DNA of 64,000 nucleotides from assembly GCF_036321535.1 (NCBI RefSeq), contig NC_087438.1:98270001-98334000 (forward strand). The letters are read 5' to 3'. This DNA comes from Camelus dromedarius. Lineage: Eukaryota. The position numbers were made by a program, and so were the translations under genes. This document shows positions 14,001 through 27,108 of the stretch, one piece after another. The notes under the pieces are model-generated. The model worked only from the letters and a program-made list of their open reading frames with translations, did not search any database and was not told the origin of the DNA. Every line of letters begins with the position of its first letter. Within the stretch, counting starts at the first letter, position 1.

Positions 14001-16531
14001 TTTAATCTCATCTTTCACAGTTTCTGGGCATCTTGCTTAACCTCTCTAATCCTCAATATTCTTATGGGTAGAATCAAGATAGTGATAATAACTTTTATCA
14101 CATTGTCATGAGGATCCTGTGATAGTCCATGTAAACACTTAGTACCAGTATCTGGCATATAGTAACTCCCCAACAAATCTTGGCTGCCATCATCATTATT
14201 GTCATCGCTATTACTTGTATGATAGTAAGCTTCCTAGACCTGGTACTTTGCTTTTCCTCTCTTCTTGGGGAGATCTGACAAGGAGTGATTTATTTTCAGT
14301 TGAAATTTGGAAGGTGATAAAAATTCAGATGACTTCCTGGTTGCTGTCTGAAAGTCTCATACCTGTAGAGATTCAGTCACGTAGAGCTGGGTGGCATTAA
14401 GGGATTCTGAAGGGACAGATGGAGTGTCCTGAGGTGACATCAGAATAGTATATCTGTGAGCTAGAAGATGGCTGCGGTTCTGATTTTGAGGACTATCAGG
14501 AGGTGGTCAGAAGTTCTATTAGGACGTATATGAGCATTCACCATTGAGAACTGGATGAAGGTATAGGGAAACAGGAACAGTTCTGCTGAGCTTGGGATAG
14601 CAGCTGGTAAGCCTTACACATTTGCCTTTCACTGGTCACAGTTATTATGCCAAGCTTCGCCAACAAGAGATTGAGAGAGAGAGAGAACTAGCAGAGAAGT
14701 ACCGGGACCGTGCCAAGGAACGGCGGGATGGCGTGAACAAAGATTATGAGGAAACTGAGCTGATCAGCACCACAGCTAACTACAGGGCTGTGGGCCCCAC
14801 TGCTGAGGCGTGAGTATTGAGCGGGTCAGGGTGTGGTTCCCTCAGCATTGTAGAATCATACAGTGGCAATGTGAATTCTTCCTCACATTTTCCCTGCTTT
14901 GGAAAGCCATTTCCCCATGCCAAGCCATTTCAGGAGGCGCTTGCCACCTACAAAGGACTGTCCTAATGTGGCCTCTTTCTTTATACAGGGATAAATCAGC
15001 TGCAGAGAAGAGAAGACAGTTGATCCAGGAGTCCAAATTCTTGGGTGGTGACATGGAACACACCCACTTGGTGAAAGGCTTGGATTTTGCTCTACTCCAA
15101 AAGGTGAGCCTTGGTTGGTGGGTGGAGAGTAATGCTAGAGCGCTGCATGTTCTTGTATGGGCCTTTCGGGGTGAGGAGGGAGACTACTGTTAGTTGAGAT
15201 CATCTAAAAGGACTAACGGTGGCCCTGCTGTAGGACTAGTTGCATCCTTCAAGTCTCAGCCTCAGTTTTATCTTCTTGGGAAAAAACCTTCTCTGATCAC
15301 CCAGGTATGGTTAAGTCTCCCCACTCCTTACGTCCCACTTCCTGCATCCTTGCACAGCTCTTCTGTATCACTTACACCAGGTGTCACACTTTGTTGTTTA
15401 GTTGTTTACTTTGTCTGTCTCTCCTGCTATAAGCTCCATTAGGGCAAGGACTATATTGTCCTGTTTAGTACTGATTCTTAGTTCCTGGTATAGTGTGGTA
15501 TAATGGTGTTCAGTAAAAATACGGAAAATGAATAGGTGTCTAAGCCCTACTTGCTTTCCTCTTAGGTACGAGCTGAGATTGCCAGTAAAGAGAAAGAGGA
15601 GGAAGAACTGATGGAAAAGCCCCAGAAAGAAACCAAGTAAGTAAACATCACATCAGGGAGAGCTTGAGAGTTTAGAAAGGTGGGGCCTAAAGTAGGAACA
15701 CATTAAGCAAAAATGTTTTGTTTTTTTTTTTTCAGGAAAGATGAGGATCCTGAAAATAAAATTGAATTTAAAACACGTTTAGGTAAGTACAGGATTTCTA
15801 CACTAGTGGCTGTGCATTCCAGGTGAATTGGAGGGAATTTAGTGCTCTGGGCAGGATCTGCTCCCCTTTCACCTCAGCCTACTTTTTTCCCTCTCTTTTT
15901 TTGCCCCCACACCCGCTAGTTCCCACAAAATCCTCTAATACAACTCAGATGTGGACTTAGTTATTTTATATGTATTACTGATGTCTCCTCAGTTAGGTTG
16001 GAAGCTCTTTTGAGATCTGGGCTGATCCTTTAAGGGAGGTAGCATGGTTGGTGATTAAAAGCTCAGAACTCAGAAGCCTGCATTTGAATCCCATGGTGAA
16101 ATCATACTAAGCCTGTGATTTTGGGTGCAACTGGCTTAACTTCTCAGCTCCTGTTTGTCTGCTTGCAAAAATGGGGTCAGCATTCACCTCATAGAATTAT
16201 TGGGATGAAGAGAAATAATGTGTGTAATGTGCCTGTCACACTGAGCATGTAGTAGAGCTATTTTTTCCATCATCATGACTATTACCTTACATGTCATCCT
16301 TCTTCCCAGGGCCTAATACAATGCTAGGCACATAGTGCCCTTGAGAAAACAGTGTAGGAAGGGTGGATGAGAGCTTAGCCATCGGAGTTAAACTGCCAGG
16401 GTCCCATTCTTTATTCTGTCATTTAGTAGCTGTAGGACTTATGGTGGTCATTATGACTTAAGTGGTAGTAAATCACAGCTCTCAGCCTTAGTATTCTTTT
16501 AAAAAAATTTTTTTTGGGGGTGAGGGAATTA

Positions 16532-16563
<32 letters not shown>

Positions 16564-19500
16564 TTTTAAGAGGTACTAGGGATTGAACCTAGGACCTTGT
16601 GTATTCTAAGAACTCCCTCTACCACTGAACTATACCCTGTCCCTGCCTTAGCCTTAGTATTCTTATCAGTTAAAAGGAGATAATAATGCCTACCTCACCA
16701 GGTTGTTGTGAAGATTCAATTGAGCAAGGCGTGCATAGCACTTGGCGTGGTGGCTGGCACAAAGTAAGCACTTAGTAAATGGCAGCTGTTATTGTAAAAG
16801 GTTCTCATTGGCTCCTGGCTGCTCTTTCTTTCTTTGTAGGCAGAAATGTTTACCGCATGCTCTTCAAGAGCAAAGCATATGAGCGGAATGAGCTGTTTCT
16901 TCCGGGCCGCATGGCCTATGTGGTAGACCTGGATGATGAGTATGCTGACACGGACATCCCCACTACTCTTATTCGTAGCAAAGCTGATTGCCCCACCATG
17001 GAGGTGAGTGGAGTCCCGAGAGCCTGCCACGTGAGCCCCTAACCTGGGAATCAGTCTCGATTCTGCCCTAAGCCTCATCTACCACATTTAACCCATCACC
17101 AAGTCCTATCTACCTTTTAACCTCCTATGTCTCAGTTGAATCCATTTGCTTTTCTCTGTCTCCACCAATAACACAAAACATTATAGTGTAAGCCATCATG
17201 TCTTGCTGGAACTATTAAAAGAGGCCCCTAATTAGGCTACCTCACGTCCACCCTGGTTCCTTTCCAATATCCTATTTATTTTTATTATTGAGATGTAATT
17301 CATATACCATACAATTCACCTCTTTAAAGTGTATAATTCAGTGGCTTTTAATATATTCATAGACTTGTACAACCATCATCACAGGCAATTTTAAATCATT
17401 TTTAATCACCTCCCAAAAAACCTGGTACTCTTTAGCCATTACCACTCCCCCATCTTTCCATCCCCTCTTCCATTATGATTTTTACATATTACCAGAATGA
17501 TCATTTCACAGTGTGGATTTTTGTCTGATCACATTTAGAAGCTTGCAGTGCTTTCTTATTGTTAAGATAAAGAGCAAAATCTTTATTATGGCCTGTGAGG
17601 CCATGTAACTCCTGGCCTTTCCAGCCTCTTTTTTACCATGCATCCCTGTTTGTTCTGCAATCATCCTGGCTTTCTTGAATGTACTAGATTCACTTTTGAC
17701 CCAGGCCTTTGCATGCTGTTTCATCTGTCTTGAATGTCCTTCCACAACTCTTCCTTTCCCTGTCTTCACCTAGTTAATTCTAACTCATCCTTCAATTTGT
17801 TAAGTAAATGAATGAATGAATAAATGAAGAGATTCCTGCTCAGTGGGATAACATTCTTGCTTCTTGGGGTTTTCAGGCTCAGACCACACTGACCACAAAT
17901 GACATTGTTATCAGCAAGCTCACCCAGATCCTTTCTTACCTGAGGCAGGGTACCCGCAACAAGAAGCTCAAAAAGAAGGATAAAGGTAACTTGGAGGGTT
18001 AGGGAGAGAAGCATTTGAGGATGGAACCAAGGTCTCCAGGTCTCCTTCTGTCTCCAGAATATTGGGATGTTCTTGGGGACCAGAGAAAAATGGGAGCAGT
18101 GGATCACTGGCAAAGAGATGGTTACATCCAAGTTCTGTCTGCTTGATGCACCCGGGAAGCAGTGGTCAGCTTTGAGGCATGAGGAGGGAGAGTATGGGTA
18201 GCTTTTGTTGTCTTATTTTCTGAACAGAAGATGTTTAAAAGGGCATTGAGAGCTGGAGAGCGTGGTTAGGCTGAGTGGGAATTAGCTCAGGAGTGTTTTC
18301 CTCACTCCTCTCTTTACATTACAGGGAAAATGGAAGAGAAGAAACCCCCCGAGGCTGACATGAAGTATGTATCCTAGCCCCTGCCCTCTGATCTGAGGAA
18401 GGAAGGACTTCTGGGTTTCTTATTTTTGGCATTTAGGGGGCCCTTGGTGTAGGATTCTGGCGAAATGGCCAGGGGAAATGGATGTCTGTGTGACTTTGTC
18501 AGCTAGGGATCTCTGTTTTCCTAGTATATTTGAAGACATTGGGGATTATGTACCCTCCACAACCAAGACGCCTCGGGACAAGGAGCGGGAGAGATATCGG
18601 GAACGGGAGCGTGATCGGGAGAGAGACAGAGACCGAGACAGAGAGCGGGAACGAGAACGAGATCGAGAGCGGGAGCGGGATCGTGAGAGAGAGGAGGAGA
18701 AGAAGAGGCACAGCTATTTTGAGAAGCCAAAAGTGGACGACGAGGTGAGATGCAGTCCCGGGTACTAGGTGGTGAAACTGCCCATCTCTGCCTGCCCAGC
18801 CAGGTACAGGACCCCTCTGGTATATAGGTGCCTCCTGGCTCCATAGCAGCAACTGGGGGTCAACTAATCCAGAAAAGGAACCATCCTGAAACTGGGGGCA
18901 AGGGGTTGGGTAGGGAGTTGATTCAAACTTGGGGGCGAGATGAATGGGGATCCCTCACGGTCACACTCACTTTAGCTTCTGTTTTCTTTCCAGCCGATGG
19001 ATGTTGACAAAGGTGAGTTTCATCCAAAGCATCTTGCATTGGCTCTGGCAGTCTTGCTTTCGTCTGGGCTGAGAGTCTGACCCAGAGCACAGAGCTGCTA
19101 ATGGTGAGAGGGTGAGACTGAGGGACTTTCTAGTTCTGGATTCTCAAAAGATCCATGTCTTGTCTTATGGAATAGACAGAAGATGAGCCTGGAGCTCCAT
19201 CTACCTTCCCAGGCAATGGCAGGGCATATTTGCTCTGTTAGATATAATCTTCCAGCTGTGGGGTTCTGAGGATGTGAGGCAGGTTGAGCAGACAATATTC
19301 TGGGCACACTACTGCGTCTCAACCAGAGTAGCTCATTTTTAGTTGGAATTTGATTAAAACTTGATTAGCTAAAGGGTTCTGTTGCTTAAAAAATTCTTAG
19401 AAACAGGTTGGAAGTGTGTTGTGGGGAAGGGGTTGTAAGTTCCTCATTTCAAAGTCTGAACAGAGTTCTTTTTCCTCCAGGACCCGGATCTGCCAAGGAG

Positions 19501-21766
19501 TTAATCAAGTCAATCAATGAAAAGTTTGCTGGATCTGCTGGCTGGGAAGGCACTGAATCATATCCTTTATTTCAGAATGTTCTTGTATTCTAGAGAACTC
19601 TTCTTTTTTTAATTCCAACTCCACCTGCCTCCCTGCTTCCCCACAATCTCCTCACCCCCATCTTCCTCTTTCTCTTTTGTGCTGAATTTTGACAAGGATG
19701 AAGTCATTACTTTCCCCTTTCTCAGAGGACCCATTTATGTTCACAGCCCTCTCCTTAGAGTTTTCATGTTGGGTCTTCTAGCCCTTCGCCCTTCCTGCTT
19801 GAAGTTTTTCTGCTGTTGGTAGAATTATTTGCCTTAACATAGCTTACACTGAAGAAGCCAGAGGACAAGAAGCAGCTGGGAGATTTCTTTGGCATGTCGA
19901 ACAGCTATGCTGAGTGCTACCCAGCCACGTACGTAAGACTCTGTTAAAGAAGGGAGGCTGGGATGATTGGAGAACAAGTTGGGGGAATGGGGAGTGAGGT
20001 GGAAATTTGATTTGCTAGGACCCATGGGGACTTCTTGATATTCTGTTAGGCTCTACGAGGGATGTCTAGGAGGGATGGTTTTTCCTGGGCACATAGCCTC
20101 TTAGTGGATAGGCTTCCAAATGAAGCATAGGGGTCTGGGTCTGCACCATCTGTTTAACTATTGTTTCTCTTTAGGATGGATGACATGGCCGTGGACAGTG
20201 ACGAGGAGGTGGATTATAGCAAAATGGACCAGGTATGGAGTTGGAAGGATGGGTTGGGGCAGTTATTGTTTAGTACATATCCCCTTCCCTACACCCAAAG
20301 AATCTGTTTCATTTCCTGGGCCTCAACTTTCTCCAGCTGCAGCCTTAAGAGCAGCAGCACAGTGGGGGTGGGGGTGGGGGGGCAGTCTTGGGGAACTTAA
20401 CTGTTTTAAAGCATCTGTACAAAGTCAAATGAGATAGACCAAAAATATATTTCTTTTTATTTTCTGTAAAGTACCAGGCTTTGATTTCCATCTTAGGCAG
20501 TAAACAAGCCTTTAGTGCATATGTAGAAAGAGCAGAAGAAATTTCAGTTTTTAGAAAATAACTTGACTTTTATTCTAGCCAGGGTTGCATTTTCCTCTCA
20601 GTCTTAAAACAAACAAATAAACAAACAAAAAACCCACCAACAAACATTAACATCATTAATGGTCAAGAAATGTCATCCATTTTCCCCTTATTCTCTCTAT
20701 ACTGCATGATTTAATTCCATCTTAGATCCTTGCTTAACCATGGCTCTGCCATTAGTTTTGTGACCTTGCTAAAACTTAGTGCTTATGCCTGTTTCCTCAT
20801 TAGGAAAATGGAAAGAAATATAGTTCTCAGTAGTTTTTGAGACAGTTAAATAAGATACATGTTTACTGTTCAGAATAATACCTGGCACATAGTAAGTACA
20901 TAGAAAACATTTATTATTGTTGATTAGGGTAGGATTTATGAATGATAAAACCTGGGATTATGGGAGAGACTGAATTTAATCAAGGGCTAAAATTCCATTT
21001 CCACTGACATCTCTTCCTCACCTGCCCCCCATTCTATCCTGTAACAGGGTAACAAGAAGGGCCCTTTAGGCCGTTGGGACTTTGATACCCAGGAGGAATA
21101 CAGCGAGTATATGAACAACAAGGAGGCACTGCCCAAGTAAGTCTTGGTACTAAATACAGCCAGGAAGTGAGGAGAGGGATGGTGATAGGGGTGGACTAGC
21201 CCACACCAGGTTAGAGAGTATAATCTGGCTGAAACATTCCCAAATAGGTTCTCTGCTCACAGGGTCCTCTGGGAAGAGCTTGCTACTGGTATGCAACCTC
21301 TGATGTCTTCTTCCCTCAACTGCCCTTTTTCCCCCTCAGGGCTGCATTCCAGTATGGCATCAAGATGTCTGAAGGGCGGAAAACAAGGCGGTTCAAGGAG
21401 ACCAATGACAAAGCAGAGCTTGATCGCCAGTGGAAAAAGATTAGTGCTGTGAGTGGGACTGGTTCTCCCTGGGAAGGCTTCAGCTGGGAGGAGACACTGG
21501 GCCACAGATTCAGGAACAGGCAGGGGGTTGGACAGCCATGGAAGTAGGAGAGGTCAGCCTTGGGTTTCAGGTGAGCTTAGATTGGCCGCATAAATATTGA
21601 CTATAACTGTTGTTTTTGTAGATTATTGAGAAGAGGAAGAAGATGGAAGCCGATGGGTGAGCAGCATTATTCTTCCTCTGTGAGACTGACAGAAATTGTT
21701 TAGTGTTTTGCTTATGCTCATTTCTTCTTCCATTGCAGGGTTGAAGTGAAAAGACCAAAATACTAA
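11068..21766 (+). CDS. IK: Protein Red / IK spliceosomal B-complex factor, 20 coding exons, 555 aa
   Basis: Exons 11068-11083, 11644-11710, 13206-13298, 13760-13819, 14642-14809, 14989-15103, 15566-15636, 15736-15782, 16840-17003, 17877-17985, 18325-18364, 18525-18744, 18994-19012, 19481-19559, 19848-19928, 20175-20232, 21048-21136, 21340-21448, 21622-21656, 21739-21766 (1668 nt). MPERDSEPFSNP...RE/RD repeat...GVEVKRPKY*. ATTAAA at 21914. Confidence 0.97.
12270..12709. mobile_element. ERV1-type LTR fragment plus an inverted partial copy, inside an old L1 fragment (IK intron 2)
   Basis: LTR-like body with TATAAA (12480) and AATAAA (12573). Segment 12599-12709 is the reverse complement of 12270-12370. 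MER34/MER39-like family assignment is from recall only. Confidence 0.6.
16501..16643 (-). mobile_element. tRNA-derived SINE with internal (GATT)n
   Basis: Reverse-complement SINE head ending tataccctgtccc. 15-bp TSD AGCCTTAGTATTCTT at 16484-16498 and 16650-16664. (GATT)n at ~16532-16563. Confidence 0.85.
19560..19847 (+). other. U12-type AT-AC intron (IK intron 14)
   Basis: Donor ATATCCTTT, branch GCCTTAAC (19831-19838), acceptor AC. Splicing restores ...GTES|LKKPEDKK. Confidence 0.93.
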
Positions 21767-22899
21767 TCTTTGGTTCCAGCTCCAAGAATAATCTCCACAA
21801 AGATGTGCTCCTCACTGCTTGCTTTCTATAATTCCAGAAAAAAATTGCAAGGTTTTTTTTGTGTGTGTGTGTGTGAATGTATATAACATTTTATTGTATA
21901 ATCTTTTGGTTCCATTAAAATTGATTAACCTGCTGTCTTGTCTTCTCTATGTTGAGGGCCCAGATGCACCAAGAGGGCTACTAATTCCACTGAATGTATA
22001 AAAATCATATGGAGGAAGTCAGGTCAGTCCTGTCCTGAGCTGTGGGTCTAAATTCCTAAGCAGGATGTATATTAGCCAAGGTGCCCAGTGGAGAAGGGAA
22101 GAATGACCCTCACTGATACCAAGAAATAGAGGAATGTAAGGGTGACTGGTCTTAAATGTCACTCATTTAAGCCCATCTGGGGACCTAGTCTTAGGGCAGA
22201 GATTCCCTGGGAATTAGGGTCAACCCGCTGGGCTGCCAGTCTGACCCCAAGGTTGTGCAGACTGGGCTCTAGGTGAAGGCACCTGATGAGAAACACCTGT
22301 GGGAACAGAAACCTTTCACAAGTTTATGCCCTCCTGGGAGCTTTAGTAATTCCAAGCACAAATCACTGCTTACCTAGCTGAAGGGGTAGACTTGGGGAAG
22401 TGCCTTGGGGAATCCCTGTCCCTGGCCAGAAGGGTTTGGTGCCCTTCAACATACTGAAAAGTTTGTCAAGGTCCAAAGTGGGCTCCCTGGCCTCTGGAAT
22501 CTTTGGTAACTTAAATGTCCAGGACGTCAATCGTTGTGCCCACTTTCCTCTTCAGCAACTCCATGCCAGCTCTGAGCATTGGTGGTCCAGTCCTGCTGAG
22601 GGTCTGCAGCCAAACGGTAGGAACAGGCTGGAAGTTGTTGCTTTGTCTATGAGAACAAAGACGGCTGCACCTTAAGCATGTGCGCAGGCGGCCTGCAGTC
22701 TATGACCCCGGGCTGTCAGATTCTTGCGGCGTGAGTCTTTGTTGCTTACTGACTAAACTGGCTGCCGCTTGTCATGGTCTTGGGCTTCACCAAGCCACGG
22801 ACGACTGGCATCCCCCTCTTCTATCCCCAGGGCAGACGTCATCCTTACTGATTGCAGGAGGGAGTACCAAACTGTCAGCGTCTATCAGGATAAGCAGAA

Positions 22900-23460
22900 T
22901 GGACTTAAACGCAGTTCCTAACTTTACATGAAGAGACCGAGAAGTGGACTGACGGTTGCGCCGTCTGGCCGGTCCTGGAACCCCCTCCAGGGCAACACAG
23001 GCAACAGACTGTGGTGCACGGCCTCCTCGGGTCGGTTCCACCCATCAGCTGGGTCTGGCCCCGCCTTTTCCGGGTTACGGAGAACGCCCTGACGCCACAT
23101 CCGGTCCGGCCCCCAACCCGGAAGCGGTGCCCTGGGTCACTCCTCCCGCCGGGCGACTGGTTATTGGGCTCACTGTGCAACTGCTGCGCGGCTAGGAATC
23201 CTCCGATGCATGGACGGCACGTGTGAGGGAAGGCCCGCTGAGGATGGGAGCGACGAGGACCCCGACTCCACGGAAGCCCCAGCTCGGATCCGGGACACTC
23301 CGGAAGACATCGTGCTGGAAGCTCCGGCCAGTGGGTTAGCGTTTCACCCGGCCCGCGATCTCCTGGCAGCGGGGGACGTGGACGGGGATGTGTTCGTGTA
23401 AGTGCGAGGCAGGGCTCGGGGCGCGGTGACTGTGGTGGGCACGGTGGCTACCCGGTCTGG
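22900..23460 (+). promoter_or_regulatory. CpG-island promoter of WDR55
   Basis: CpG-rich, with ETS-like CCGGAAG/TTCCGG motifs at ~23067-23125, upstream of ATG 23210. Confidence 0.7.
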
Positions 23461-26400
23461 AAACTCCGTTGTGATGGGGCTAGGATGAAGAGGGAAAGTT
23501 ACAGGAATACTAATTTTACAAGTAACATTCGGCTCTAACCAAGTGACCACACAAATTTCTTGAAAGAGCTGAAAGAAAAAGTTGTTGGATGTCGTGACGA
23601 AGCCCGGACAAGTAGGCGAACAAATAAGTAGCAAGACAAGCAGGTGTTCGGGACAATTGTTATTTTCCACCGGATTGTGTTATGTTGGTACTGAAATAGG
23701 ACCAGCGGGGCCCCCTGTTTTCGCCTCTTGCCCACTTTAACTGATCTTTCAAAAACACAAGTCCGACCATCTCACTTTCTTGATTAAAACCCTTCAATAG
23801 TTTACCTTTGCTTTTAGGATTAAGTCCTGACTCCTTAATCCAGCTTTCAGGGCCTTGACAATCCGGCTCTTGCTCGCTTTACTTTTTGCTTTCTGTGCTT
23901 ATTCATCCTTACCTTTTTAATGTACTTTAAAGCTTCAGCTCCTTTGCACGTTATTCCTTCCACCTGGAAAATTCCTTTCCCTTACTTGCACCTACTGTTC
24001 CTGAACTCTCAGCATCTCTTCACTCTTCCAGCATGCTGCAAACGACTACCTGTTAGATTCTACCTTGGTACCAGATACCTTTTTCTCATAAACTTCTTAA
24101 TGGTGTGTAGTCATACATCCATTTGCGTAATTATTTGAATGTGGTCTCTTCCACCAAAAAAACCCTTTTTTTCCAAACATTTTTGGCTTCACCTCACAGT
24201 AAAAATACCTTTTATAGTATGTGTGATGCACTCTACTATTTTCTGGTTTATTTCATTCTATCGTTATTGCAAGCACACACACAAAATGTTGATTGCAGCT
24301 CACAAACGGGTCCAGACTAGAGTTTGAAAAACAATGTTCTGGAGTGTCATCTGTATTCTGTTTAGTTCTCCATTGTATCTCCTGCTTCTAGCCCAGGATG
24401 TGTGCTCAGTACATGTTTGTGAACAAAAGATGTAGGCTGGAAGCAGTGAAAAGCCACTGAAGGCTTTAACCAGGAGAGTTGTGCTATCAGATTTACTTAA
24501 TGAATTTAAATCCCAAACCTGTCATTAACTGCAAAGGCTTTGGGCAAGTTAACTTCCGTGTTTTCATCTTTGAAAATGGAAACAATCATACATACTTTGC
24601 AGAGAGGTTTACCATGACTATTCATATTTATAGGGCCAGACACTTGGGAGTCACCCCAGGCCTCCACCTTTCTTCACACCCCCATAGTTTCCATTCCTCT
24701 CCTCTTTCCTGCCCTCAGCCACTGCCTTCTGGCAGGCCTCTTAACTTCTCCCATGATCATTCTAAAGAGGTTCCTTTCCCCCAAAGGATTCAGTTCAGAC
24801 TTCTGCTTGGCCTGTATGGTTGTCTCAAGCCCAGTCCAGCTGATCTTTCCAGATTCAGTCATACATCTGACTTGAACGCTCCTCATTCCTTATCTCTGCC
24901 CTGGGCGGGACACTGACATCTGCCTCCAGTATCTGCCCCTTCTCTGCCAGGTGAACTACTCATTCTTCATGATCCAACTCATGTCATGTCATCACTTCAG
25001 GTAGCTTTCCGAGGCCCTCTTCCCTCCCAAGTACTCAATCTGTGAATGTTTATTAAGCAGCTTTTTCATGCTGGGCACTGGGACAGGGCAAACAGTAAGT
25101 ATACCCAGTTCTACCTGCCTGGAACTAACCAGCAAGTATGCACTTATTCATTTGGCCCTTTTTGAAGACCTGCTGAAGCAGGCACTGAGGATAATCTCTG
25201 GACAGGTACTTGCCTCAAAGCTGAGTTTATGGGCTGGTACCTCTGCTCCACCTCCATTTTCATCCTACGTCCTCTTCAACATGTGGTCATGATGTGCTGT
25301 GATTAATTGTGGCTTTCTCTAGGTCCCAAAGACCTAGAGTGTTAAGATCCCTGTCTTACTAATCTTTACATTTCCTACTTCTAGGGCTGGTCTTCTGTCA
25401 CTAATTTAGCAAATATTTCTGGACCTTCAGTGATCCGCACCTAATCTTTCCCCAGGCTAGGGCTTTCAAGGATGCTGAAGAGGGGTGAGGTGGGGTCAGG
25501 TCATGAAAATGTATGTTGAATGAAAAAAAACCCTAACATTTGAAGCTCACTGAAAATGGGAAAATGGGATGGTAAGCTCCTGGGGCTGGGAGGTGTGCAA
25601 GCAGGAACTCCTAGTAGAGTGGAAGGTTAGTTGGTTGGTCTTTACACTCCATGCATCCCAGGTGAGGTCTGGGGTCAGTCACTCTTCTTCCATTCTCCCT
25701 AGCTTTTCCTACTCCTGCCAAGAGGGAGAAACCAAGGAGCTCTGGTCCTCAGGTCACCACCTCAAGTCCTGCCGAGCCGTTGTCTTCTCTGAAGATGGGC
25801 AGAGTGAGTATTAGGGAAGGCAGTGTGGTGGTGGGAAGGGGAGCAGTGAGCAGCACCATAACCTGGACATTTTCTCCCCAGAACTTGTTACTGTCTCCAA
25901 GGACAAAGCCATCCACATTCTAGATGTGGAGCAGGGCCGACTGGAAAGACGCATTTCCAAGGCTCATGGGTAAGGGGAAGCCAATTGTGCATTGAGGTGA
26001 GGGGTAAGGACTGATTGGTACATCCCTACTGGGACAAAGGTTTTCCAGGAAGTTCTATACCTGTCTCCAGTGCCCCCATCAACAGCCTGCTGCTGGTGGA
26101 TGAGAATGTTCTGGCCACTGGGGATGACACAGGTGGCATCCGCCTATGGGACCAGCGGAAGGAGGGCCCCTTAATGGATATGCGGCAGCATGAGGAGTAT
26201 ATCGCTGACATGGCTCTGGACCCAGCCAAGAAGCTGCTGCTGACAGCCAGGTACAGCCTCAAAGCAGTGACCCCTCCCTTCCCTGCGTTAAATGTCTTCC
26301 TCACTGGGAGCCTCCAGCCTGGTCTGCTCCTTTGCTCTCTCTACAGTGGGGATGGTTGCCTTGGTGTCTTCAACATCAAGCGACGCCGGTTCGAGTTGCT

Positions 26401-27108
26401 CTCAGAGCCACAGTCTGGAGACCTGACCTCTGTCACACTCATGAAAGTATAGCTGGGCAAGGCAGGATGGGGGTGTGCTAGGGACTCGGTCTGAGGTGGC
26501 TCCACAAACATGGTTTGCCTTATTTCCCTGCAGTGTGGGAAGAAGGTGGCCTGTGGCTCCAGCGAAGGCACCATCTACCTATTCAACTGGAATGGTTTTG
26601 GGGCCACAAGTGACCGCTTTGCCTTGAGAGCTGAGTCCATCGACTGTATGGTTCCGGTGACTGAGAGTCTGCTGTGTACCGGCTCTACTGATGGAATCAT
26701 CAGGTGAGAGAAGCCAGATGGCCCTCAGGTCACAGCAAGGGCAGACCTAACCAGCCAAGACCCAACACTCTTTTCTTTCTGCCCAGGGCTGTCAATATCC
26801 TGCCAAACCGAGTGGTAGGCAGTGTGGGCCAGCATGCCGGGGAGCCTGTGGAGAAGCTGGCCCTCTCCCACTGTGGCCGCTTCCTGGCCAGCAGTGGCCA
26901 TGACCAGCGTCTCAAGTTTTGGGACATGGCCCAGCTGCGGGCTGTGGTGGTGGATGACTACCGTCGCCGCAAAAAAAAGGGAGGGCCGCTTCGAGCACTG
27001 AGCAGCAAGGCCTGGAGCACTGATGACTTCTTTGCAGGACTGAGGGAGGAGGGAGTGGACTCCACAGTTCGGGAGGAAGAGAAGGAGAGTGAGGACGACA
27101 GTGACTGA
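23210..27108 (+). CDS. WDR55: WD repeat protein 55 (nucleolar, rRNA processing), 7 exons, 382 aa
   Basis: Exons 23210-23397, 25703-25803, 25882-25969, 26071-26250, 26347-26446, 26534-26703, 26787-27108 (1149 nt). [17 protein letters not shown]...[10 protein letters not shown]. Confidence 0.97.

Noticed and set aside
18365-18376. GTATCCT 4 nt into IK intron 11
   Set aside because: Its use would shift the frame, and there is no U12 branch motif near the acceptor.
18499-18852. Antisense ORFs over the IK RE repeat
   Set aside because: Reverse complement of a purine-rich repeat is naturally stop-poor.
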